Source: Tissierellaceae bacterium
GTDB taxonomy: Bacteria; Bacillota; Clostridia; Tissierellales; Tissierellaceae
Assembly (NCBI GenBank): GCA_036562765.1
Contig: DATCJO010000210.1
Coordinates: forward strand, 1 to 55,438
Direction of reading: 5' to 3'
Length of the DNA: 55,438 bases
The notes under the pieces were generated by a model. That model was not told where the DNA came from. It did not search any database and worked only from the letters and a program-made list of their open reading frames with translations. Of the stretch, positions 1 through 10,635 are shown piece after piece (positions within the stretch are counted from its first letter, which is position 1; each line of letters begins with the position of its first letter). A program made the position numbers and the translations under genes.

Positions 1-254
1 TTTATATGGGCATGGGAGTTCCCCTCAAAGTGTCGGTAGTCTCCATTAACAGGGAAAACCTTGTTTAGTGTCTTTAATATATCTTCAACAACATCAGGAT
101 CTGCATTTTCATTGATTGTAACTGCTGCTGTTGTATGGGGAACAAATACTACTGCTATGCCTTCCTTTACATTTTGCCTTTTAATTTCTTCATTGATTAA
201 ATTTGTAATATTAATAAACTCTTGAGCTTTTGTAGTTCTAACAGTATATTCCAT
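1..254 (-). CDS. YjbQ/UPF0047 family protein. The N-terminal part only is present and the gene runs off the window edge.
   Basis: Minus-strand translation from the ATG at 254 reads MEYTVRTTKAQEFINITNLINEEIKRQNVKEGIAVVFVPHTTAAVTINENADPDV.., which is the 'VFVPHTTAG(I)TINEN' signature of YjbQ proteins. A GGTGAGGAG RBS overlaps the stop of the upstream CDF gene. It is absent from the ORF track because it is partial. Confidence 0.6.
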   Translation of the reverse strand, partial: MEYTVRTTKAQEFINITNLINEEIKRQNVKEGIAVVFVPHTTAAVTINENADPDVVEDILKTLNKVFPVNGDYRHFEGNSHAHI

Positions 255-259
255 ACTCC

Positions 260-1165
260 TCACCTTTTTTCATCATAAGGTTCAACATGGACAATTACAT
301 TGGAATTTTTATTGAAATTTTTTCTTATGGCATATTCAATATTATGAACCAACTGATGAGATTTTTCAACATCTAATTTTGGGTCAACCTCTATGTGCAG
401 ATCTATGAATAAATTATTTTTGCTTCCTCTGCTCCTTATCTTATGAACATCTTTAACTTCCTCAAAAGATGTTACTATATCTTTTATCACGTTGGAATCA
501 ACTGCTACGCTATCAACAAGGATATCGCCATTTTCCCTAAAGATTTCATAGCCAGCATGTATTATGAAGCAAGCAACAATTATTGAAACTATTGAATCGA
601 TAACAGGAGGAAGTCCAAGCTTTATCCCTATTAGTGTAGCCAGTACTCCTATGGAAATATATATATCGCTTTTTGTATGGGCTGCATCTGAAATAAGTAT
701 CTGGCTGTTAAGTTCCTCTCCTTTTTTGTGCTCAATAATTGAGACGAAAATATTTGTAATTAAAGTAAATATAAGTACTAAAATGCTTTCTAAAGATATT
801 TCAGGAATAATCGGTTCTTTAAACCTTTCAATGGCAGATAAAAAAATCCTTCCACTTAATACAAAAAGCATAAAGGATATAAATAAGCCTGCCAATGTTT
901 CGAACTTATTGTGGCCATAGGGATGGCTATCATCTTCTGGTTTTGAAGCAAAGTGGATACCTATTAATCCTACTATATTTGAAGAACCATCTGAAAGTGA
1001 ATGAAATCCATCTGCAGTCATACTTGTACTTTTGATTAAAGAACCTATGAAAATCTTAAGTACAGCTACAAGTACATTTGCCAGCAAGATGATAAATAGG
1101 ATTCTCTGGACTTTTTTATAACTATCTTCCATAAATATCTCTCCTAGTTTTATCAAAAGAAACAT
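260..1165 (-). CDS. Cation diffusion facilitator (CDF) family divalent-cation efflux transporter.
   Basis: 301 aa with six predicted TM segments. A HxxxD-type motif (HFASKPEDDSHPYGHNKFE) and a C-terminal cytoplasmic domain are typical of CzcD-like proteins. Confidence 0.85.
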   Translation of the reverse strand: MFLLIKLGEIFMEDSYKKVQRILFIILLANVLVAVLKIFIGSLIKSTSMTADGFHSLSDGSSNIVGLIGIHFASKPEDDSHPYGHNKFETLAGLFISFMLFVLSGRIFLSAIERFKEPIIPEISLESILVLIFTLITNIFVSIIEHKKGEELNSQILISDAAHTKSDIYISIGVLATLIGIKLGLPPVIDSIVSIIVACFIIHAGYEIFRENGDILVDSVAVDSNVIKDIVTSFEEVKDVHKIRSRGSKNNLFIDLHIEVDPKLDVEKSHQLVHNIEYAIRKNFNKNSNVIVHVEPYDEKR

Positions 1166-1336
1166 AATAATATATTAAGAATTACATTTATTATATTATA
1201 TTGATTCAAAAAATAAAATTCATCTTTGCAACTATTATAGTTTAATAATATGTTATAATAATAAAAAAGTTGATAGTTAAATGGCAATCTGAATATTTTC
1301 CTAAAAAAATTATTAGTTTCTAGGGGGAAAATATAA

Positions 1337-1615
1337 ATGTTATTAAAATGTAAAAAATGCCATTCATCTATTTCCTTTAAGGAATTTTATAAACAACATA
1401 TGATTAACAGGTACAGATTTAAATGTCCTAAATGTGGTGCAATTCATAGGGCCAGTATATTTTCCATAATTTTCTCTGCATTATTATTTATTTTTATATT
1501 CTTATATTATTCTATATGGGTGTTTGATTTAAAAGTCTGGTTATTACTTATATTGTTTTTCCTCTACATCTTCTTTTTAGAGCCTTTTATTATGAAATAT
1601 GAATTGAAAGAATAA
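1337..1615 (+). CDS. Small CxxC-(~20)-CxxC zinc-ribbon membrane protein.
   Basis: 92 aa. It has CKKC..CPKC followed by two hydrophobic helices, an architecture seen in the Firmicutes 'CXXC-20-CXXC' family. Confidence 0.4.
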   Translation: MLLKCKKCHSSISFKEFYKQHMINRYRFKCPKCGAIHRASIFSIIFSALLFIFIFLYYSIWVFDLKVWLLLILFFLYIFFLEPFIMKYELKE

Positions 1616-1684
1616 TATCATAGTGAAGAGTGTGGATTTTTAAGTTTATAAGGGCAAATCTTAATCATTTGAAAGGAAATACTT

Positions 1685-2500
1685 ATGAAAATAGAAGATT
1701 TAATTAAGAATCAAAAACAGGATGGAAGTTTTGGTGCATTTCATAGTATGAGTAAGGGTAATCAAATAACTACAGAAAAAGCATTAAATCGGTTTTTTTA
1801 TTTAGGTTTAGATAAAAATAATCCAGTTGTAGAAAAGACCTTATCCTATGTGAAAAAATGCTTTGATGGTGAGTTGGAAATACCTGATCGCAAGGAAAAG
1901 GTGCTTCAATGGGATGTATTTGAAAAATTAATGTTTGGAGCTTGGTTAGTTATTTTTAATGTGGAACATGATAGAGTAAAGAATTTGCAATTAATATGGG
2001 CAGATATAATTAGGGAGTCTGTTAAAGATGGTAAATTTAATGTGGACTTATATAAAACTAATTATCAGAGAAGTTTTGGGAAACTAAAATCTGGACAAAG
2101 AGTTATTGACCCAACTTCCTTTTATATGGTAAATTTTTTGAGAAATCAATTAGATGAATATACTAGCATGGCATATTTTGAACATATAATGGAAAAAGGC
2201 ATTTATTACATCTATAATAAAAATTTATATGAACTGCCCAAGGTATTTGATAATAAAAATACGATATTTTATCTTCTAGCCATTAGATTTGCTGCTTCTT
2301 ATGCAAGAAACGGAGAAAAATTAAATTTTGTTAAAAGATGGTTATGTGATAACCTAGCCCAAGATGGATTTTGGCATATGGAGAACGTCAAAACTGATGG
2401 TATTATATTCCCCACTAGTAGTAGTTGGCGAATAAAGGAAAACAAATTAAATGATATTAATAATTTTATTAAGTATCAGATTATAGATAAGCTGCCATAA
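1685..2500 (+). CDS. Hypothetical protein, possibly with an alpha-toroid/prenyltransferase-like repeat.
   Basis: 271 aa with an RBS before the ATG. The only recognisable element is a QDGSFG motif. A rho-independent terminator follows downstream. Confidence 0.35.
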   Translation: MKIEDLIKNQKQDGSFGAFHSMSKGNQITTEKALNRFFYLGLDKNNPVVEKTLSYVKKCFDGELEIPDRKEKVLQWDVFEKLMFGAWLVIFNVEHDRVKNLQLIWADIIRESVKDGKFNVDLYKTNYQRSFGKLKSGQRVIDPTSFYMVNFLRNQLDEYTSMAYFEHIMEKGIYYIYNKNLYELPKVFDNKNTIFYLLAIRFAASYARNGEKLNFVKRWLCDNLAQDGFWHMENVKTDGIIFPTSSSWRIKENKLNDINNFIKYQIIDKLP

Positions 2501-2645
2501 GCAAGTTTCTGTAAAAACTCCTTGGATTTATTAAGAAAAACAAGTCATATTATCTTAAAATACGAACTAAAAGAATAGTCTTTTGAAAAAAATGATTGAT
2601 TATACAAAAATTAGAAAAACATATATTTAAATGCATTAGAAATGA

Positions 2646-2687
2646 AAACAAACATAGGAAAATTCTATGTTTGTTTTTTACTTTTTT
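2646..2687 (+). terminator. Rho-independent terminator.
   Basis: Stem AAACAAACATAG/CTATGTTTGTTT followed by a T-run. Confidence 0.6.
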
Positions 2688-2820
2688 GTAAACTATTTTC
2701 CATAATATGGCCCACCTTCCAGAATCAAGGCGAGAAAACAAGCCTATCTTTGTGATAGTATTTAAATAACGGTCTATGGCTTAATTTCTATTACTGCCTT
2801 GAATAGAAAGGTGGGGAAAA

Positions 2821-3903
2821 ATGAAAATAAATTTAGTAAAGTACAAACTTATTTTAATACTAATTATTATCTTGTCAATAGTTTCCAATGTTACATACGC
2901 TAGCTCGTCATTATTTCAAATGGAATCCCAAACTTTAAGTTCTTGGGCAAGGGAAGATGTGGAGAAGGCAATAGAAATTGGCTTAATTACAGAAAAGGTA
3001 CAAGGCAGCTATCAAAAAGCCATAAACAGGGAAGAATTTGGAGAACTTGCTTTAGAGTTATATGAATTTTTAGTTGGAGAAGAAGTATATTTTGAAGGAG
3101 AAAATCCATTTATCGATACTGATAATCCCAATATTATAGCTGCAAACAAGCTTGGGATTATACAAGGTTATGGCAATGGACTGTTTTTACCTAACAATAA
3201 TATAACTCGTGAAGAACTGGCGGTAATGTTATATCGTACCCTGAAGATAGCCAAGCCTAAATTTGATTATTCCCAAGGTAATGAATATTATTTTAACGAC
3301 AGCTACTTAATATCTTCATGGGCTAAAGATGCCATAAATTACCTATATGCAACTGAGATAATGAATGGAGTTGGGGATAATAAATTTAATCCTTCTGGAC
3401 TTACAACTAGAGAAGAGGCTATAGTAACTGTAAAGCGTATATATGATAAGGTTTTGGAAACAGAAAGGGAAAGAAGGAATGCATTAGCAGTATCTAGAAG
3501 TGGTTTAAATACAATAAGGAGTGCGGAAAATTCTCAAATAACAAAATTAAAGAACCTTATACCTCAACAGTTTGGGAAACCCTATGTATGGGGAGCTGCA
3601 GGTCCAAACAGTTTTGACTGTTCAGGTTTAGTCTACTATATATACAAGAATATAGGCATAACTTTACCTAGGACATCAAGGGAGCAAGCTACTGTAGGCA
3701 CTTATGTAGCTAAAAAGGATTTGCAGTATGGCGATTTGGTTTTCTTTGCAAGGAATGGAAAGACCATAAACCATGTTGGTATATATGTAGGGAATGGCAA
3801 TTTCGTCCATGCTCCACAGTCTGGTGATGTAGTAAGGATTTCTACATTGTTATCGGGATATTATTCAAGAAGCTATTATACAGCAAGAAGAGTTATTCAT
3901 TAG
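2821..3903 (+). CDS. Secreted cell-wall endopeptidase. The N-terminal half holds SLH-like wall-binding repeats and the C-terminal half is an NlpC/P60 domain.
   Basis: Signal peptide present. The C-terminal region YVWGAAGPNSFDCSGLVYYIY...HVGIYVGNGNFVHAP is the canonical NlpC/P60 Cys-His-His signature. Confidence 0.85.
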   Translation: MKINLVKYKLILILIIILSIVSNVTYASSSLFQMESQTLSSWAREDVEKAIEIGLITEKVQGSYQKAINREEFGELALELYEFLVGEEVYFEGENPFIDTDNPNIIAANKLGIIQGYGNGLFLPNNNITREELAVMLYRTLKIAKPKFDYSQGNEYYFNDSYLISSWAKDAINYLYATEIMNGVGDNKFNPSGLTTREEAIVTVKRIYDKVLETERERRNALAVSRSGLNTIRSAENSQITKLKNLIPQQFGKPYVWGAAGPNSFDCSGLVYYIYKNIGITLPRTSREQATVGTYVAKKDLQYGDLVFFARNGKTINHVGIYVGNGNFVHAPQSGDVVRISTLLSGYYSRSYYTARRVIH

Positions 3904-3944
3904 GCTTATCTTGATTTTCAATGGAAAGTAATAGAAATTAAGCG

Positions 3945-3976
3945 GAATACCAGTGTTTTCACTGGTATTTTTGTTT
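3945..3976 (+). terminator. Rho-independent terminator.
   Basis: Hairpin GAATACCAGTG-TTTTC-ACTGGTATT followed by a T-run. Confidence 0.6.
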
Positions 3977-4122
3977 ATGCTTTTTAAATTTGGGAATATA
4001 TTAGGTAAGTTTCATGTATTAAACTTTGTATAAATTTTAACAAAATGTTTATATCGAAATATTAAATATGTTATAATATAAAAAATCCTATAGAAATATC
4101 AGTTAATAAAGGGGGGCATCAA

Positions 4123-5589
4123 GTGAACATATTCCTGAACAAGCTAAAGGATGTGTCTATGTCTGTTCTACCTATCACATTATTAGTACTTATCTTAAAT
4201 TTTACTATTGTTCCCGTTGAAAGAGAGATGCTTGTAAGATTTATAATAGGCGCTGTATTAGTGATTATAGGACTTGGTATTTTCCTATTTGGAGCTCATA
4301 TCGGGATATCGCCCATAGGCCACCTGATGGGTGAAACGATTGCAAAATCTAATAGGGCCTACATAGTAGGCTTATTGGGCTTTCTGTTAGGATTTCTAAT
4401 TAATATTGCAGAACCGGATATACAAATTTTATCCCATCAAGTTAGTCTAGCCTCTGGTGGTATGATTTCATTCTCTTCAATTCTTATAGTAGTATCCATT
4501 GGCGTAGGGTTAATGGTAGGATTGGGCCTTTTAAGAATAGTCTATGAGAAACCTTTAAATGTTTGCTATACTGTAGTCTATTTCATTATATTTATTCTAG
4601 GATTATTTGCCTTAGAGGAATTTTTGGCTATTTCTGTAGATTCTTCTGGAGCTACTACTGGTGCAATGACTACACCCTTTATTTTAGCTTTAGGCTATGG
4701 AGTTTCTCAGTTAAAAGGCGGAAAATCAGTGGAAGAAGACAGCTTTGGCTTGGTAGGAATGGCTTCTGCTGGTCCTATTGTGGCTGTATTGCTAATGAGC
4801 TTAATAAAAAGGATTACTAATGTACAGGGAGAAGCTGAAGCCTTTGTTCCAAATGTGGGGATTATAAAGCCATACATTCAAGTATTTCCACAGTATTTAA
4901 AAGAATCATTATTAACCATACTTCCCATATTAGTGTTGTTTATAATTTTCAATGGGCTTAAATTTAAACTAAACAGAAAAAGCAAGAATATAATATATAA
5001 AGGCCTCTTTTATACATTTACGGGACTTACCTTATTTTCTGTTGGTGTCAATGCAGGATTTATGGAAGTTGGCAGGGTAATGGGAGAATATATTGCTACC
5101 TACTATCCAAGGATTTTGCCAATTGTAGGTTTTGTAATGGGAATGGTAGTAGTATTGGCTGAACCTGCAGTATATGTACTTACAAAGCAAATAGAAGATG
5201 TTACAGCAGGGTATATTAAGCGTAATGTTATTTTAGGTGCACTTTCCATAGGAATTGCTTTTGCAGTTTCTATGTCAATGTTGAGGATTATGATACCTAG
5301 TTTAAAATTGTGGCACTTTTTGCTTCCAGGCTTTGCACTGGCTATCATTTTATCATATATAGTACCTCCGATTTTTGTTGGTATTGCATTTGATTCAGGC
5401 GGAGTAGCATCCGGTCCCATGACTGCCACCTTTGTTTTAGCCTTTGCCCAAGGAGCTGCTAATGCTATTCCTACTGCCAATGTATTGATAGATGGATTTG
5501 GCATTATTGCCATGGTTGCCATGACTCCGCTTGTAGCTTTGCAGTTACTTGGATTAATATTTAAAGTAAAGGCTAGAAAGGAGGGCTAA
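4123..5589 (+). CDS. Polytopic membrane protein with two DUF1538-like halves.
   Basis: 488 aa with about 12 hydrophobic segments and an internal repeat. It is immediately followed by a P-II-like gene, which is the usual DUF1538/P-II pairing. Confidence 0.5.
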   Translation: MNIFLNKLKDVSMSVLPITLLVLILNFTIVPVEREMLVRFIIGAVLVIIGLGIFLFGAHIGISPIGHLMGETIAKSNRAYIVGLLGFLLGFLINIAEPDIQILSHQVSLASGGMISFSSILIVVSIGVGLMVGLGLLRIVYEKPLNVCYTVVYFIIFILGLFALEEFLAISVDSSGATTGAMTTPFILALGYGVSQLKGGKSVEEDSFGLVGMASAGPIVAVLLMSLIKRITNVQGEAEAFVPNVGIIKPYIQVFPQYLKESLLTILPILVLFIIFNGLKFKLNRKSKNIIYKGLFYTFTGLTLFSVGVNAGFMEVGRVMGEYIATYYPRILPIVGFVMGMVVVLAEPAVYVLTKQIEDVTAGYIKRNVILGALSIGIAFAVSMSMLRIMIPSLKLWHFLLPGFALAIILSYIVPPIFVGIAFDSGGVASGPMTATFVLAFAQGAANAIPTANVLIDGFGIIAMVAMTPLVALQLLGLIFKVKARKEG

Positions 5590-5591
5590 AA

Positions 5592-6260
5592 GTGGATACA
5601 GCAAAAGATAGATTCATATTATTCTGCTCAATACTTGACTTCGGAAAAGGAAGCAAAGCATTAAGATTATCTAAAGAACTTGGTGCTTTAGGAGGTACAA
5701 TTTTTCTAGGAAGAGGGACCATAAGGAACGAGCTTCTTAAGATGTTGGGTGCTGTTGATATAAGAAGGGAAATATTCATAGCTATGATAGAAGAAAGCAA
5801 AGAAGATGAATTCTATGAAAATATGTTGAAAAAATTCCATTTAGATAAGCCTCATCATGGAATAGCATTTTCTTTACCGATAAAATACTGTGAAAAGATA
5901 GATGAAGATAAGTATATTTCCAATCCTGAAAAGGAAGGTGTTAAAAAAGTGGGCTATGATGCAATATTTATAATTGTTAATAAAGGATACATTGATGACG
6001 TTCTTGATGCAGCAGAAGCTGCTGGTTCCACTGGTGGCACAGTAATTCATGGCCGCGGTGCAGGTGCTTATGAAAAAGCAAAGCTATTTAACATTGAAAT
6101 AGAGCCTGAAAAGGATATATTACTCATTCTGTCTAAAAAAGAAAAAACAGAAGCAATAATAAATTCAGTTAGAGATAAATTAAAAATCGAAGAACAAGGC
6201 AAGGGCATAATTTTTGTTTTAGATGTTTCAAGAACAGTAGGGTTGTATGAAGGTGATTAA
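5592..6260 (+). CDS. Tandem P-II (GlnB-like) signal-transduction domain protein.
   Basis: 222 aa. Two repeats each carry a GxxGGTxxxGRG segment (GALGGTIFLGRGT and GSTGGTVIHGRGAG) that resembles the P-II T-loop region. It has a GTG start with an AAGGAGGG RBS. Confidence 0.55.
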   Translation: MDTAKDRFILFCSILDFGKGSKALRLSKELGALGGTIFLGRGTIRNELLKMLGAVDIRREIFIAMIEESKEDEFYENMLKKFHLDKPHHGIAFSLPIKYCEKIDEDKYISNPEKEGVKKVGYDAIFIIVNKGYIDDVLDAAEAAGSTGGTVIHGRGAGAYEKAKLFNIEIEPEKDILLILSKKEKTEAIINSVRDKLKIEEQGKGIIFVLDVSRTVGLYEGD

Positions 6261-6276
6261 TCTCAATTTTAGATAT

Positions 6277-6326
6277 AAAAAAAGCAGAAAATCCTTAGAT
6301 TCAGTGAGGATTTTTTGCTTTTTTTA
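6277..6326. terminator. Bidirectional terminator between convergent genes.
   Basis: Stem AAAAGCAGAAAATCCT / AGGATTTTTTGCTTTTT with T-runs on both sides. Confidence 0.6.
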
Positions 6327-6327
6327 T

Positions 6328-7059
6328 TTAGATAATTTCCACATCAGCCTTTAATTTATATATTACATTTTTTCTCTCAACTATGATGGTTACTTTTTTT
6401 GAAAGCTCTTCATTTTCTTTAATTTTTAAGAGCAGTTCTCTGTTTGGGTTTATTGCAATGGGGTTGCCTACTATTTTTAACATAGATAAATCCCCTGCTG
6501 TATCTCCATAGGCATAGCTTGATTTTAAGTCAATATCATATTTCTGTATAAATTCAGTTATTGTATTATGTTTATTTTCTGAATCCCACATTTTCTTTAT
6601 CTTACCAGTAAAGTTGTTGTTTTCATCTACAAAATAAGTTGTACCCCTGTATTCTGTTGCTCCATATTTTTCAGCCATTTTGGATACAAGAAAATCAGGG
6701 CTTCCAGATATGAAGAATATCTTATGACCGTTTTCATGATGCCATTTTATCCTATCCCTTGAGTATTTATAAACCATATCTCCATTTAAATTAATTACTT
6801 GAGAAGCAATAAATTCAATATAAGATTTATTTACTCCCTTTAGGACATCTACATATACTTTTCCTAGGGCATCTATATAATCATCAAAATCTCCATATCT
6901 TTTTTCCCATTCATCGTAGATAGGCTTTATTTTATACCAAATGGAAGGATCAATGACTTCATATTTAATGAGTTTTTTGAAGTGTTCTATCATCAGTGAA
7001 TTTCTAAATATTGTTCCGTCAATATCAAAGAACGCCCCTATATTGCCCATTTTTATCAC
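6328..7059 (-). CDS. HAD-superfamily hydrolase, subfamily IB.
   Basis: The N-terminal motif FFDIDGTI is HAD motif I. Confidence 0.75.
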   Translation of the reverse strand: MIKMGNIGAFFDIDGTIFRNSLMIEHFKKLIKYEVIDPSIWYKIKPIYDEWEKRYGDFDDYIDALGKVYVDVLKGVNKSYIEFIASQVINLNGDMVYKYSRDRIKWHHENGHKIFFISGSPDFLVSKMAEKYGATEYRGTTYFVDENNNFTGKIKKMWDSENKHNTITEFIQKYDIDLKSSYAYGDTAGDLSMLKIVGNPIAINPNRELLLKIKENEELSKKVTIIVERKNVIYKLKADVEII

Positions 7060-7128
7060 CTTATAAATATTATTTTTGATATTATATACTATCTCCCCAT
7101 TATCAGTAAAGATAAATATTTAATGTAA

Positions 7129-8025
7129 GTGGGTATTATATTTATAACAAAAATTCGAGAGGATGATTTGATGTCGAAATATCATATGAGCCCAAATATT
7201 TATGTAAATGAAATAATGCTAAAAGTTGTGGATATAAAGAAATCCAAGGAATTCTATACAAATATCATGGGATTTAAAATCTTAAAAGAAGATGAGAAAA
7301 GAGTTGTATTTTCAGCAGATGGTAAAAATCCAATAGTAACAATAGTTGAACCTGAAAATCCAATACCAAAGCCTCCAAGAAGAACAGGCCTTTACCATTT
7401 TGCAATACTTTTGCCAAGTAGAAAAGACTTAGGGCTATTGTTAAATCATCTTAAGGAAAATAACTACCCAATTGTTGGCGGTGCATACCATGGAGTCAGC
7501 GAAGCAGTGTATTTGCAGGACGTGGATAATAATGGGATTGAAGTCTACAGAGATTTAGATGACAGCCTTTGGGACAGAGAAAATGGTGAAATAAGGATGG
7601 TGACAGAACCTTTAAACTATAAAGAAATTATGGAATTAGCTGAGGGAGAAAAGTGGCACGGGATACCAGAAGGGACTATAATAGGCCATATTCACCTTCA
7701 TGTAAGTGATTTAGATGAAGCCAAAAGATTTTACTGTGATGGCCTTGGGTTTAATTTAATTACTTCCATGGGAGATTCTGCCATATTTTTATCTTCTGGC
7801 GGATACCATCACCATATAGGACTAAATACATGGCAGGGGAAAGGAGCTTTGCCACTACCAGAAAATTCTGCTGGAATGAAGTACTTTAGTTTGGTCTTTC
7901 CTAATGAAGAAATTAGAGGGGAAAAGATAAAAAATTTAAGGGAACTTGGATATGAAGTAATTGAAAATGCAGAAGGTATATTTGTCAAGGACTCTTCAGA
8001 GAATTTAATTAAACTGGCAGTGTAA
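7129..8025 (+). CDS. VOC (glyoxalase/bleomycin-resistance/extradiol-dioxygenase) family protein with two domains.
   Basis: 298 aa. The two beta-alpha-beta-beta-beta halves resemble Bacillus MhqA/CatE-like ring-cleaving dioxygenases. Confidence 0.65.
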   Translation: MGIIFITKIREDDLMSKYHMSPNIYVNEIMLKVVDIKKSKEFYTNIMGFKILKEDEKRVVFSADGKNPIVTIVEPENPIPKPPRRTGLYHFAILLPSRKDLGLLLNHLKENNYPIVGGAYHGVSEAVYLQDVDNNGIEVYRDLDDSLWDRENGEIRMVTEPLNYKEIMELAEGEKWHGIPEGTIIGHIHLHVSDLDEAKRFYCDGLGFNLITSMGDSAIFLSSGGYHHHIGLNTWQGKGALPLPENSAGMKYFSLVFPNEEIRGEKIKNLRELGYEVIENAEGIFVKDSSENLIKLAV

Positions 8026-8057
8026 ATTGCAATAAATCAACAAAAGATGATAAAAAA

Positions 8058-8087
8058 TAGCATCGATATCGATGCTGTTTTTTATTT
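8058..8087 (+). terminator. Rho-independent terminator.
   Basis: Perfect palindrome AGCATCGATATCGATGCT followed by a T-run. Confidence 0.7.
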
Positions 8088-8260
8088 TCAAAAAATTATA
8101 TATTTTAATTCATTAAATGATATTTTTTATAGTCAAATTATTGTGTATTTTGAAATATTTAAGTATTATAAAATTGTATTGGAATTTTGGGGTTTATTTA
8201 ATCTAAAAATCTGAAAACTTTTATTAGCTATTTCTTGCATATGTCTAAAATGAAAGTGGG

Positions 8261-10546
8261 GTGGGTGAGGACATGGTTCTTATTAATAAAAGTTTTACGG
8301 ATAAAATAATAAGCCTGAAAAATCCAAAGCATTTAGAAGAGGAAATGAATCAATTAAAGGAAAATTATTCGTATGTCGAAAAATTCACTAAAATTGGAAC
8401 TTGGACATATTATCCTGATTCAGGGGAGATATTTTGGTCAGAAGAGATTTATCACATACTAGGAATTGATTCTAAGTCTTTAACAAATGGTTTAAAAAGT
8501 TTTAACGAATATATTCATCCAGATGATTTAAAAAAAGTAGCTGAATTTGTAGAAAGTGCCATAAAAGGAAAAGGTTATAATATTGAATTTAGGATTATAG
8601 ATTCCAGTGGCAATTTGAAATTCCTAAAGGCAAGAACAGAGGTTATTTTAGATGATAGCGGAAGAGTTAAAAAAATCATAGGAATAGTTCAGGATATAAC
8701 TGAATCTAGGGAAGTATCTCAAATAGGAGTATCCTACATAACTAGTAGCGATAAATTAATAGGTTTGCCTAGTAGGGTAGACCTATTAGAAAAGTTAAAC
8801 CAGCACTGTACATATCTTAAGTTAGTGAAGAAACACTTTGCATTGATGATGCTGGATGTAAGTGATGTAAAGAATGTAAATTATTCTTTAGGATTTGATG
8901 TAATAGATAGTCTTTTAGATGAAATTTATGAGAGATTAAAAAGTTATTTAGGCCAAGGAGTATATATAAGCAGATATTATGATGATATATTTGCCATCAT
9001 ATTACAAGGCAAAAATGAATTAGGAGATTTTGAAACAATAGGAAAGGGAATTATTAATCAGTTTAAGAAACCATTTAAGATTGATAACTATCAATTCACT
9101 ATAAATGTTAACTTAGGAATATGTTCATATCCAAAAGATGCTGATAAAGCTGAAGATCTAATTAAAAATGCTAGGCTAGCTTTGATTATGGCAAAAAAAG
9201 AAGGCAAGAACTTATGCAGGTTTTATTCTTCAGATATGGAAATGAAATTATATGGGGAATTTGCCTTAAAAAGTGATTTAATCAAAGCTATAAAAGAAGA
9301 ACAATTTATTATCAACTATCATCCAGTAGTAAGTTTAAGTGACAATTCAATATTAGCTGCAGAGGCTTTGTTGAGATGGAACCATCCAGAATGGGGGATA
9401 ATTGGACCTAGCCAATTTATACATCTTGCTGAGGAGACCGGATTAATCGTAGATATTGGGAAATGGGCTTTAAGGGAAGTATGCAGAAACTATAAAAGTT
9501 GGGCAGAAAAAGGGCTGCCTTCAATAAAAGTATCAGTAAACTTTTCGCCAGTTCAATTATATGAAGAGGATTTTGCAGAAAATGTTTTAGGTATAATAAA
9601 GGAATATGGATTAGACCCAAAATTCCTTATTGTAGAAATTACAGAATCTGTTTTACTACAAGATGTTAGCATAATAGTTAGGAATTTAAAAAAGTTGCAA
9701 GCCAATGGTATACAGGTAACAATAGACGACTTTGGTACGTGTTATTCATCCTTAATGTATTTAAACAATTTCAATATTGACATAATAAAAATTGGCCAGT
9801 CCTTTCTTAAGAAAGTTTCTTCAAGTGAAATCAGCAAATCTATTATGAAATTTGTGGTTCAGTTGGCAAAAGAATTGAAAATAAAAGTAATTGCAGAAGG
9901 CATAGAATCCTATGAGCAACTGATGTTTTTGAAAAATATAGGCTGTTACATGGGACAAGGATTTATCTTTGGCGAACCTATCTCAGTGAAGGATTTTGAA
10001 AAAGTCTTGTCTAAAGGCAATATGCAGATAGCAGTTTTCAATGACATAACTGATTTATCTTATGCAGACAGGAGAAAATTCTTCAGAGTAAAATTTATCC
10101 ATTATTTAGAAGCTGATTTAACTGTACAGGAAATCCGAGGAGAAAAAGTTAATGTTGGAAGCACAAAAGTCTTAATAAAAAACATGGGCCCTGGAGGACT
10201 TTGCTTTATATCAAACATAAGATTCCCATCAAGTAAAGATTTGATTTTACAATTTACAACAGAAATGATGGGAGAAGAATTTAAATTTTATGGAAGTCCT
10301 GTTTGGGCTAAGAGGATAAACAAAGAATTAAATGAATATGGATTACAGCTATATGAATATGGTGTAGAATTTACACTTGATGAAAACGAGAGGAAGGAAT
10401 TAATAAAGACCCTTAACAAAGCACAAATTAAGATGAAGCGAAATGAATTATTTGTAGATGGAAGGTTTATTTCCATTACTCATATACAGTATTTTTCTAA
10501 TTTATTAAAAAATAAAGGCAGTGATACAATTAGCAATAATTGTTAA
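8261..10546 (+). CDS. c-di-GMP signalling protein with the domain order PAS, degenerate GGDEF, EAL, then C-terminal PilZ.
   Basis: There is a PAS block (EIFWSEEIYHILGI). RYYDDIF replaces R-x-GGDEF. The EAL domain keeps EALLRW, DDFGTC and EITES, but has KIG where KxD is expected. The C-terminal PilZ motifs RRKFFR and NMGPGGLCF are about 40 aa apart. The more likely start is the ATG at 8273, which sits behind a GAGGA RBS. Confidence 0.85.
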   Translation: MGEDMVLINKSFTDKIISLKNPKHLEEEMNQLKENYSYVEKFTKIGTWTYYPDSGEIFWSEEIYHILGIDSKSLTNGLKSFNEYIHPDDLKKVAEFVESAIKGKGYNIEFRIIDSSGNLKFLKARTEVILDDSGRVKKIIGIVQDITESREVSQIGVSYITSSDKLIGLPSRVDLLEKLNQHCTYLKLVKKHFALMMLDVSDVKNVNYSLGFDVIDSLLDEIYERLKSYLGQGVYISRYYDDIFAIILQGKNELGDFETIGKGIINQFKKPFKIDNYQFTINVNLGICSYPKDADKAEDLIKNARLALIMAKKEGKNLCRFYSSDMEMKLYGEFALKSDLIKAIKEEQFIINYHPVVSLSDNSILAAEALLRWNHPEWGIIGPSQFIHLAEETGLIVDIGKWALREVCRNYKSWAEKGLPSIKVSVNFSPVQLYEEDFAENVLGIIKEYGLDPKFLIVEITESVLLQDVSIIVRNLKKLQANGIQVTIDDFGTCYSSLMYLNNFNIDIIKIGQSFLKKVSSSEISKSIMKFVVQLAKELKIKVIAEGIESYEQLMFLKNIGCYMGQGFIFGEPISVKDFEKVLSKGNMQIAVFNDITDLSYADRRKFFRVKFIHYLEADLTVQEIRGEKVNVGSTKVLIKNMGPGGLCFISNIRFPSSKDLILQFTTEMMGEEFKFYGSPVWAKRINKELNEYGLQLYEYGVEFTLDENERKELIKTLNKAQIKMKRNELFVDGRFISITHIQYFSNLLKNKGSDTISNNC

Positions 10547-10635
10547 CCATTATGTAACTTGATTGTAAATCTAATGTAACCCATTTGGCTTCTATCCTTG
10601 ATATACTTTATATAAAAAGAAATGGGATAGGAGTG

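Noticed and set aside
564-920. A 118-aa plus-strand ORF lies inside the CDF transporter gene. Similar internal or antisense ORFs occur at 4563-4820, 5103-5522, 16251-16560, 32712-33122 and 45260-45694.
   Set aside because: Each is fully embedded in or antisense to a longer ORF with clear family signatures. None has a credible RBS.
2550-2741. A 63-aa minus-strand ORF.
   Set aside because: It overlaps the rho-independent terminator of the upstream gene in AT-rich intergenic DNA. I found no RBS and no homology signal.
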